In this document: piece by piece, positions 28,314-35,681 of the stretch
How the letters are laid out: every line of letters begins with the position of its first letter
Numbering within the stretch: position 1 is the stretch's first letter
Source of the DNA: Gaiellales bacterium
GTDB lineage: Bacteria > Actinomycetota > Thermoleophilia > Gaiellales > Gaiellaceae
Assembly: GCA_038230035.1 (NCBI GenBank)
Contig: JBBRNX010000009.1
Location: 11,882 to 75,881 of the forward strand
Length of the DNA: 64,000 nt
Reading direction: 5' to 3'
Notes under the pieces: generated by a model
The model's input: the letters and a program-made list of their open reading frames with translations, nothing else
What the model was told of the DNA's origin: nothing
The model's database searches: none
Position numbers and translations under genes: made by a program

Positions 28314-29400
28314 CGCCACCTCTGCCGCCGCCATCGTCGCCCCCGCCGCCCGAGCCGGATCCGGAGCCGCCGGAGTCGCCGCCCGAGCCGCTGCCGCCCC
28401 CGTCGTCGCCACCGGAGGAGCCAGAGCCGGAGCCATCGTCGCCCTGCTCCTGTCCCTTGACGTCGAGCTTGACGAGCGTCACCACGCCGTTCGCGCTGAT
28501 TCCTTTGGCTTCGACGCGAGTCCCCGCAGTGAGGATCGGCAGCGTCATGCCAGGACCGGCGACGAACGTGGTCTGGTTACCGGCGTTGTCGGCCACTACC
28601 ACCTGGGTCGCGGTCGAGCTCACGACCGTCCCCTCGACCTCGACCTCCTGACCCTGACCGGCCTGGCCGTTGTCGTCGCCTTGGTCGTCGCCGCCCTGGT
28701 TGTCGCCAGGCTCCACGGCCGGCTCCGACTGGAACTCGTCGACCGACACGAGCGTGAAGGCGTTGTTTGCATCGACGGAGACCGTGAGCTCGACCTCATC
28801 GCCCACTGCGAGCGCCGGCGGCAGCGTGACTGCCCCGAGCCCGATCGTCACGGGGAGCCCTTCGACGTTCACGACGAAGGGGGAGAGCGTGACGACCTTG
28901 CCTTCGACCTCGACGGTGCCGGTCGTGCTGAGTGCCGATGCCGAGGTCTCGCGGACTTTGCCGCCGGCGAACGAGACGCCGAACCTGGCGACAGTCCCAG
29001 GTGCAAGACCTCGTGCAGAAAGGGAGCGCTTCGCCGCGCGACGCTGGATCGCGATCACGCTTCGGCCCGTCGAGACGAGCGTCCGAGTGGCCAGCCGCCG
29101 AACGATGACGCCCCGCACGGTCGCGACTCGTGCGTGGCCGACGACGCGGAGCTTCGAGGAGCGGATGGTCCCGTCCCTCAGGAGCGTTCCACCGACCGAC
29201 ACTCGGTCGCCGAGTCGCGCTGCTGACAGTCGAGCGTGGACGGTGCGCGCCAGGCCGGAGCGGCCGGCGACGACGAGCGTCCCTCGACCCGCCTCCTTCG
29301 CGACGACAACGCCCGTCACTGTCATTCCTGCGGCATGCGCTGCGGTCGGTACGGCGGCTGCGGCCAAAGCGGCCATCGACAGGATGAGTCTCTTTCGCAC
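28303..29400 (-). CDS. Secreted protein with repeated beta units (DUF5666-like) and Gly/Asp/Ser tail
   Basis: Signal MRKRLILSMAALAAAAVPTAAHA; repeated VEVEGKV/EVEVEGTV..GDEVEL/GTRVEAKG; GDD/GSG tail. Confidence 0.7.
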   Translation of the reverse strand: MRKRLILSMAALAAAAVPTAAHAAGMTVTGVVVAKEAGRGTLVVAGRSGLARTVHARLSAARLGDRVSVGGTLLRDGTIRSSKLRVVGHARVATVRGVIVRRLATRTLVSTGRSVIAIQRRAAKRSLSARGLAPGTVARFGVSFAGGKVRETSASALSTTGTVEVEGKVVTLSPFVVNVEGLPVTIGLGAVTLPPALAVGDEVELTVSVDANNAFTLVSVDEFQSEPAVEPGDNQGGDDQGDDNGQAGQGQEVEVEGTVVSSTATQVVVADNAGNQTTFVAGPGMTLPILTAGTRVEAKGISANGVVTLVKLDVKGQEQGDDGSGSGSSGGDDGGGSGSGGDSGGSGSGSGGGGDDGGGRGGGDD

Positions 29401-29522
29401 GGAAGCTCCTCTGGGAGTAGTACCGGCCGACGGCTCGGTCGGTTCACTAGACAAGAGCGGCTGTGGCCGGAAAACCTGCGCACCCGGACGGGGGATCCGC
29501 CAGAACGGATGTCTCGGCGAGC

Positions 29523-30584
29523 TCAGCCGAGGGTGCGGCGCAGACGTACGAACAGCGCCTCGAGCGCGAGTGACGCGTTCACATTGAACTCCTCCGCGGC
29601 CCGCCACGCCTCCCGTACGATCTCCGCGGCACGCTCTGCCGCCGCGCCGCGGTCTGCATCGGCACGGAGATCTGCGAGACGGTCTGCATAGGTCGCAGCA
29701 GACTCGGCACCGGCGGAAACGACCACGAGATCGCGATACCAGGCAGCGAGCGCCTCCAACGAGGCGAGCAGCTCGTCCCTTTCGGCGCCGCGCTGGGCAC
29801 GCCGCACCCGCTGCTCCGCATCGCGGCCCGCGAGCTCTCTCCGGTCGACCTCGGCCTCTTCGAGCTCCTTCGCGCGCTTACCGGCGTTCGCCATCGCGTC
29901 GAGCACGACCGAAGCAGCCCCTGCAGGATCGAACCCCTCGTCGAGGTACACCGAGCGCGCCGTGTCGACGAGTCGGCTGCGCGCCTCCGCCTGCTCCGGA
30001 TCGAGAAGTCGCTCGGCTCGGTCGAGCCGGCCGCCCGAGCTACGGGCGATTGCGCTCCCAGCTGCCTCGTCGAGCGCCGGCTCTCTCTCCGCGAGCCATG
30101 CCCGAACAGCCGCCTCCGAGAGCCGGTGGAACGGCACGAGCTGGCAGCGCGAGCGGATCGTCTCGGGCAGCGGCCCGAGCTCGTCGGCGACGAGGACCAT
30201 CGTCGCGTAAGCGGGCGGCTCCTCGAGATCCTTGAGCAACGCGTCCGCGGCGTCCGCGTTCAACCGATCCGCTTCGAGCACCAGGTACACCCGCCGGTCC
30301 GCCTCGAACGGCCGCATGTGGAGATCGCGGCGCATCGCGCGAATCTCGCCGATCCGGATCATCTCGCCGAGCGGCTCCAGGATGTACAGGTCGGGATGCA
30401 CGGAGCGTCGCCCCCCGGAGAGCTCGGCGTCACCGATGAGGGCCGCCGCGAACGCCCTCGCGGCCGCGGTCTTCCCGACGCCCGGCGGCCCGTGCAGGAG
30501 ATACGCGTTCGCCGGCCCCTCGGCCAGCGCGGCCGACAAGAGCCGCTTGGCGCCCTCCTGCTCAGGAATGGCCGAGAAAGGCAC
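29523..30584 (-). CDS. holB: DNA polymerase III delta' subunit
   Basis: AYLLHGPPGVGK, HPDLYIL, ADALLKDLEEPP, TIRSRCQ; follows tmk. Confidence 0.88.
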   Translation of the reverse strand: MPFSAIPEQEGAKRLLSAALAEGPANAYLLHGPPGVGKTAAARAFAAALIGDAELSGGRRSVHPDLYILEPLGEMIRIGEIRAMRRDLHMRPFEADRRVYLVLEADRLNADAADALLKDLEEPPAYATMVLVADELGPLPETIRSRCQLVPFHRLSEAAVRAWLAEREPALDEAAGSAIARSSGGRLDRAERLLDPEQAEARSRLVDTARSVYLDEGFDPAGAASVVLDAMANAGKRAKELEEAEVDRRELAGRDAEQRVRRAQRGAERDELLASLEALAAWYRDLVVVSAGAESAATYADRLADLRADADRGAAAERAAEIVREAWRAAEEFNVNASLALEALFVRLRRTLG

Positions 30585-31158
30585 CGTGGATCCTCTCCGC
30601 GAGCTCGTCCGGTGGGAGCGCGGCGTCGAGAACGACGACCCGCTCGGGAAAGCGGGTGGCCAGCTCGCGATACCCGTCGGCCGCGCGGGCGTGGAAGCTG
30701 CCATCTTCCCGCTCGAGCCGGTCGCGCTCCTCCGTCATGCGCGTTTCGGCGAGTGTCGAGTCGACCTCGAGAAGCAGCGTGAGGTCGGGCAGCAGCCCGC
30801 CGACTGCGGCGAGATTCAGCTCGAGCACGCGGTCGAGCCCGAGTCCGCGCGCCACCCCTTGGTAGGCGACGGACGAGTCGATGTAGCGGTCGCAGAGAAC
30901 GACGGCACCCCGTTCGAGCGACGGCCGGATCACCTCTTCGACGTGCTGCGCGCGCGAGGCCGCGTAGAGCGCCGCCTCGGCCCAGGGGGCGACGTTGCCG
31001 CCGTGGAGGACGAGATCGCGGATCGCCTCGCCAAGCTCGGTCCCGCCAGGCTCACGCGTCGTCACGACGTCGCAGCCGTCCGCGGTCAACCGGTCGGCGA
31101 GCCGGCGCAGCTGCGTGGTCTTGCCAGAGCCGTCGAGCCCCTCGAAGGTGACGAACAT
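30562..31158 (-). CDS. tmk: Thymidylate kinase
   Basis: FVTFEGLDGSGKTTQ, TREPGGT, LCDRYIDSSVAYQG. Confidence 0.95.
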   Translation of the reverse strand: MFVTFEGLDGSGKTTQLRRLADRLTADGCDVVTTREPGGTELGEAIRDLVLHGGNVAPWAEAALYAASRAQHVEEVIRPSLERGAVVLCDRYIDSSVAYQGVARGLGLDRVLELNLAAVGGLLPDLTLLLEVDSTLAETRMTEERDRLEREDGSFHARAADGYRELATRFPERVVVLDAALPPDELAERIHGAFLGHS

Positions 31159-31219
31159 CGCACGCCAAGAATACGAGGACGCGCGCGAAGGCGAGCCAAA
31201 GACGTACGCAAGCCGTTCG

Positions 31220-31243
31220 CGTGCCTGTCACGTGACAGGCACG
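31220..31243. repeat. 24-bp perfect palindrome (REP-like or operator)
   Basis: CGTGCCTGTCACGTGACAGGCACG in the tmk/epimerase divergent spacer. Confidence 0.75.
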
Positions 31244-31305
31244 GGCACAGAGCGCGCACGAGTTCGTCACGGGATCGTCGCAGCGCCTCCGGCTAGGGTT
31301 GGGCG

Positions 31306-32208
31306 ATGCGCGTGATCGTCACCGGCGGGGCCGGATTCATCGGCTCACACGTCGTCGATGCTTTGGTCGCCCGGGGCGACGAGGTGCACGTCCTGGACAA
31401 CCTCGCCACGGGCTCACGCGAGAACGTCAACGCGGCGGCAGCGTTCCACGAGGCCGACATCCGAACCGACGCCCCACGACTCTTCGACAACGTCCGACCC
31501 GAGATCTGCGTCCACCTGGCGGCGCAGGCCGACGTCAACACATCGGTGCACCGGCCCGACTACGACGCCGAGGTCAACGTGCTCGGGACAGTCCGCATCC
31601 TCGAGGCGGCGCGCGCACACGGCACGCAGATCGTCTTCAGCTCGACCGGCGGTGCGATCTACGGCGAGTGCGACGCACCGGCCACAGAGCTCGCGCCGCG
31701 CCGGCCGCTGTCGCCGTACGGCGTCGCAAAGCTCGCGGCAGAGGAGTACCTCGCGGGCTGGAACCGCCTCCACGGAACGAGGCACGTCGCTCTTCGCTTC
31801 GCGAATGTCTACGGGCCGCGGCAGTCGGCGAGCCTCGAAGGCGGCGTCATCGCGATCTTCCTGGAACGTATGGCAGCGGGCGAGGCGACCGCGATCTACG
31901 GCGACGGCAGCCAGACGCGAGACTTCGTCTACGTCGGCGATGTCGCCGCCGCCGTGCTCGCGGCAATCGGCAATCCAGGCGGAGTGTTCAACGTCGGCAC
32001 CGGCGTCGAGACCTCGGTTACCGATCTCCACGCGGCGTGCCGCCGCGCCTCCGGATCGTCGGAGCTACCGGCCTACGAGCCCGCACGCGAGGGAGACGTC
32101 ATCCGCAGCGTGATCGATCCAACGCTTGCCGCCACCGCTCTCGGCTGGCGAGCGCAGGCATCCCTCGAAGCGGGGCTCGCGCTCACCTGGGCGGCGACGC
32201 AGGTCTAA
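31306..32208 (+). CDS. NAD-dependent epimerase/dehydratase (GalE-like)
   Basis: TGGAGFIGS, HLAAQ, SSTGGAIYG, YGVAK, NVYGPRQ, RDFVYVGD. Confidence 0.92.
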   Translation: MRVIVTGGAGFIGSHVVDALVARGDEVHVLDNLATGSRENVNAAAAFHEADIRTDAPRLFDNVRPEICVHLAAQADVNTSVHRPDYDAEVNVLGTVRILEAARAHGTQIVFSSTGGAIYGECDAPATELAPRRPLSPYGVAKLAAEEYLAGWNRLHGTRHVALRFANVYGPRQSASLEGGVIAIFLERMAAGEATAIYGDGSQTRDFVYVGDVAAAVLAAIGNPGGVFNVGTGVETSVTDLHAACRRASGSSELPAYEPAREGDVIRSVIDPTLAATALGWRAQASLEAGLALTWAATQV

Positions 32209-32263
32209 CGCTCCGCCGACGGCAGGAGGACTGGAGCAGGCGCAAGCGAACTCACGTCTCGCT

Positions 32264-32770
32264 GTGGATCATCCGCTGACAGCGTTCGACACCGTCCGCC
32301 CTTGGCGCACCGCGACGATTGTCGCCATCGCGGTCGCCGCAATCGAGCTAGTGCTGCTCGTCATCGTGGGCGGAACGCTGTTCGCGCGCCACGCGACGAC
32401 ACGCACGCTCCCCGCTCGCACCCACACCGTGCGCACCGCCGCGGCAAAGACAGCGCATGCGAAGCCGCGGCGGCACGCGACGCTCCACCTCGCACGACGC
32501 CAGGTCGGCGTCCTCGTCCTGAACGGCAACAGCCAGCACGGCGCCGCATCGGTTGCAGCCGCGAGAGTCCGCAGCCACGGCTACCGCATTCGCGCGGTCG
32601 GTAATGCGCAGCGAATGGACTACACGCGCAGCATCGTGATGTACCGCCCCGGCTTCGAGGCCGAGGGCCAACGCCTTGGTCGCGATCTCGGTGTCGCGAT
32701 CGTCGGGCCGCTCGACGGCCTGCGCGCAGCCCAACTGCACGGCGCGAAAGCCGTTCTCGTCGTCGGCTAG
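32264..32770 (+). CDS. Membrane-anchored LytR C-terminal-domain protein
   Basis: One TM helix then VLVLNGN..GAA..VGNA..YRPGFEAEG..VLVVG. Confidence 0.8.
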   Translation: MDHPLTAFDTVRPWRTATIVAIAVAAIELVLLVIVGGTLFARHATTRTLPARTHTVRTAAAKTAHAKPRRHATLHLARRQVGVLVLNGNSQHGAASVAAARVRSHGYRIRAVGNAQRMDYTRSIVMYRPGFEAEGQRLGRDLGVAIVGPLDGLRAAQLHGAKAVLVVG

Positions 32771-32779
32771 AGCCAGGCG

Positions 32780-34714
32780 CTACCCGCAGGCGTGGTCGTT
32801 GTTGACCGCATCCTTCGCCTGATCGAAGACGCCGCCCTTGATCCACTCGCTGCCGTTCGGGTCGAGCGTGTACGCGTGGTTGAAGGCGGTGTACGCCCGG
32901 CACATGTCCTGTGGCCCGTAGAACTCGAACTGACCGAGACGGAACCAGGTGCTCGTGTTCTCGGGCTGCAGCCGGGTCGCCTGCTCGAAGTGCGCCCGCG
33001 CGGTCGCGACATCACCGGCCCGAGCTGCCGCAAGACCCAGCGTGTAGAGCGGATCCGGCAGGAGAGGGTTCAGGCTGCGCGCACGGGTCGCGTCGTTCAC
33101 GGCCCCGGCCAGATCGCCGGAGCCGAGCGCACGGGTGGCGGCTTCGACCTTCTTCCCCGCAAGCCACGGCGAGCCGAGCGAGACGACGGCCGCCAACGCA
33201 ACGAAGGCGACAACGAGCACGGGAACGAGGCCCCCGCGACCACGTCGCAGTGGCCTTCCTGCGCCGAGTAGGACGCCGGTCGCCAGCAGGGCCGGTCCCG
33301 TAAGCGCGAGGAAATCCAGGTCGAAGTCGACGAGTGCGTGCCCGACGTACACCGCCGGGAGCGCGGTCAGCGCAACGGCCGCTGCACGCTCCTCGCCTTC
33401 GAGCCGGCGCAATGAGCGCACGACGCCGAGCCCGGCCGCTCCCGCGAAGACCACCAGCAAGCCGGCGCCGACGATCCCCGTCCCAGCCAGAAGCTGGAGG
33501 GGGACCGAGTGCGGTTCTGTCACGAAGTCGGCGTTCCGCCGTACTTGCGTCCGCGCAATCTCGAAGGTTCCCGCACCCGAGCCACCAACCGGATGATCGG
33601 CGAAGATCCGCATCGCCTCACGCCACCATTGGAGCCGGTTGTTCGCACAGAGCGAACCGACGCGGCCCGGATCGTTCACGCACTCGCCTCCCGAGAACCG
33701 GTGCGACCCTGCGGCTACGCCGATGCCGGCCAGCAGGGCGACGATCGCGACCCCGGCGAGCAAGCGTCCCACGCGTCGCTCCCGACCGGCTGCGAGCAGC
33801 GGCAGTCGAGATGCAGCCGTGACCGCGACGCCGGCGCCGATGAGCGTGAGGAGACCGAAGATTGCTCCGTCGCGAGCGCGTCCGCTGTGCGCGACGCCCG
33901 TGTCCACGAGTGCGGGACGGCTGAACGCCCAGCCGGCGACCAGCGCGGCCGGTACGCCGGCGCCGACCGCGACGAGCGCACTCGTCAGCCTTTCACGGCC
34001 GATCCAGAGCCACAGCCCGAGCGCAAGCAACGCGCCGATCACACCCGCCCGCGACGAGGTCAACAATACGACGAGAACGGCCAGGAACACCAGCAGAGCA
34101 CCGCCTGCACGCAGTAGCGCCAGTCGCGCGAGCGCGAGCCAGAGACCGAGCGCGATCGCCGCATCAGCAAGCAGCGCGAGCCCGTTCGCGTACCCGATGG
34201 GGCTCTGCAAGCGACCGATCCCGAGCAGGTCGGAGGGGCCGAGCGAGGGGATCGCCTTGCCGAGAAGCCCCCACACGAGAGCTGCGCCGAGGATCGCCGC
34301 GAGCAGGCTTGCAACCGTTGGCGTCGTACGAGTCCCGAGCGAGCAAAGCGCGAGCCCGACGACGAAGAACCCCGTATACGCGATGCCCTTGTTCAACGCC
34401 GACCACGAATGGTCGCCTGCGACTGACCAGGCGATCGTGATCCCCGTCCAGGCGACGAGGACCGCGAAGCTTGCAGTCGCAACCCGCCCAGCGCCGTCGA
34501 TCGCAGGCAGCTCGATCAGGCCGAGGCTCCGCAAGACGAGAGAGAGCGCTACGAGCAGGACTGCAGCACCGCCGACCCAGAGGACGCTCGAGTCACCGGA
34601 GCCGTCGCCGAAGAAGACCGCCCCGGTCACGAGACCCGCAGCGAGAAGCGCCAGCGCCAGCGGCACGCTCGCGGAGCCGCCCGCCGGCCCAGTCGTCCGC
34701 GCGGCGCTGTCCAT
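32780..34714 (-). CDS. O-antigen ligase-family membrane protein with TPR tail
   Basis: RLQSPIGYANG, TSSRAG, NRLQWW..GSGAGTF, EPHS; C-terminal TPR-like helices; ATG 34714 lies 8 nt behind TAGCGT. Confidence 0.82.
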   Translation of the reverse strand: MDSAARTTGPAGGSASVPLALALLAAGLVTGAVFFGDGSGDSSVLWVGGAAVLLVALSLVLRSLGLIELPAIDGAGRVATASFAVLVAWTGITIAWSVAGDHSWSALNKGIAYTGFFVVGLALCSLGTRTTPTVASLLAAILGAALVWGLLGKAIPSLGPSDLLGIGRLQSPIGYANGLALLADAAIALGLWLALARLALLRAGGALLVFLAVLVVLLTSSRAGVIGALLALGLWLWIGRERLTSALVAVGAGVPAALVAGWAFSRPALVDTGVAHSGRARDGAIFGLLTLIGAGVAVTAASRLPLLAAGRERRVGRLLAGVAIVALLAGIGVAAGSHRFSGGECVNDPGRVGSLCANNRLQWWREAMRIFADHPVGGSGAGTFEIARTQVRRNADFVTEPHSVPLQLLAGTGIVGAGLLVVFAGAAGLGVVRSLRRLEGEERAAAVALTALPAVYVGHALVDFDLDFLALTGPALLATGVLLGAGRPLRRGRGGLVPVLVVAFVALAAVVSLGSPWLAGKKVEAATRALGSGDLAGAVNDATRARSLNPLLPDPLYTLGLAAARAGDVATARAHFEQATRLQPENTSTWFRLGQFEFYGPQDMCRAYTAFNHAYTLDPNGSEWIKGGVFDQAKDAVNNDHACG

Positions 34715-34894
34715 CCAAAGCCACGCTACCACTGCCTCCGGCAGGCCCGTTCCAGGCAGGCACGGCAGCCGCAGTCAGGCCGGTTCGGCCGACCGCCTCC
34801 CATACAATTCGTTTACCCTCCTCTCACCGTCGGCTCAAGGCCAGCCGGGAGACTCCCTCTACCGCCGCGTTTGTCTCCTGCACCGCAACCGCCT

Positions 34895-35488
34895 ATGAAC
34901 CTGTCTTTACCCGCCAATAGCCGCCGCGTGGCGATCGCCGCGTTTGTCGCCCTCCTCACGCTGGTCGTCCTGGTCACCGCCATGCCCGCGTCGGCGTCGT
35001 CAGCCGCGTCAACCAAGGCGAAGGGTTGCGCGAAGCAGGTCATAGACGACTGGTATGCCCACAAGACCAAGGTCGTAGGGCACTACCCGTTGCACTGCTA
35101 CCAGGACGCGATCCACAGCATCGGCAGTGACGTCGGCGAGTACACGAACGCCAAGGAAGTGATCGCCGCGGCGGCCATCGCCGAAGGATTGCGCTGCAAG
35201 ACCGACTGCGGCCCGACGAGCGGTGGAACGGGCAGCGGCAAGACGCCGAAGCGCGGGGAGAAATGGATCGAGTACCGCAACACGTACGACTTCGGCGGCA
35301 AACCACCGTCACAAGGCCCAGTCGAGGTCGTCCCGGTCAGCAACTCGAGCGCGTCGTCGGTTCCGCTCCCGCTGATCGTCCTCGCCAGCCTCGCCGGGAT
35401 CCTCCTCCTCGCCGGAGCCGGCAGCTACCTCGCGCGACGGCTCAAAGCGAACCGGGCCGCACCACCGGCGACGGACACGTCCGCCTAG
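34895..35488 (+). CDS. Hypothetical exported protein with C-terminal TM anchor
   Basis: Signal-like N-terminus, CAKQVIDDW..YPLHCYQDAI core, C-terminal PLPLIVLASLAGILLL + RRLK. Confidence 0.65.
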   Translation: MNLSLPANSRRVAIAAFVALLTLVVLVTAMPASASSAASTKAKGCAKQVIDDWYAHKTKVVGHYPLHCYQDAIHSIGSDVGEYTNAKEVIAAAAIAEGLRCKTDCGPTSGGTGSGKTPKRGEKWIEYRNTYDFGGKPPSQGPVEVVPVSNSSASSVPLPLIVLASLAGILLLAGAGSYLARRLKANRAAPPATDTSA

Positions 35489-35534
35489 AGCGGCGCTCGC
35501 GTCGGCCGCTGATGCCGCCCCGGTAGAATTGGCC

Positions 35535-35660
35535 GTGCAGAAAGAAATGGCCGGTTTAGCAGGGACTTCCGTACCGTCCGATCCACTTCCTAGCATGGCC
35601 GGTCCGCTCGCACGACGCCCCAGGGTTCGCCCGAGCGTAATTTCATACCCTGTGATGTGA
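35535..35660 (+). CDS. Putative 41-aa uORF in the nrdJ leader
   Basis: TAGAAT 35524-29, GTG 35535, MQKEMAGLAGTSVPSDPLPSMAGPLARRPRVRPSVISYPVM, TGA 35658-60. Confidence 0.35.
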   Translation: MQKEMAGLAGTSVPSDPLPSMAGPLARRPRVRPSVISYPVM

Positions 35661-35681
35661 CGCACCGCTCGGGAGGACGAG

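Noticed and set aside
27009-28436. ECF sigma start at 28436
   Set aside because: The extra N-terminus is an alternative frame of the upstream gene's Gly/Ser repeat tail.
35489-35681. Cobalamin riboswitch or NrdR boxes upstream of nrdJ
   Set aside because: No B12-box/GGGAA..ACTG core and no convincing acaCwAtATaTwGtg-like pair.
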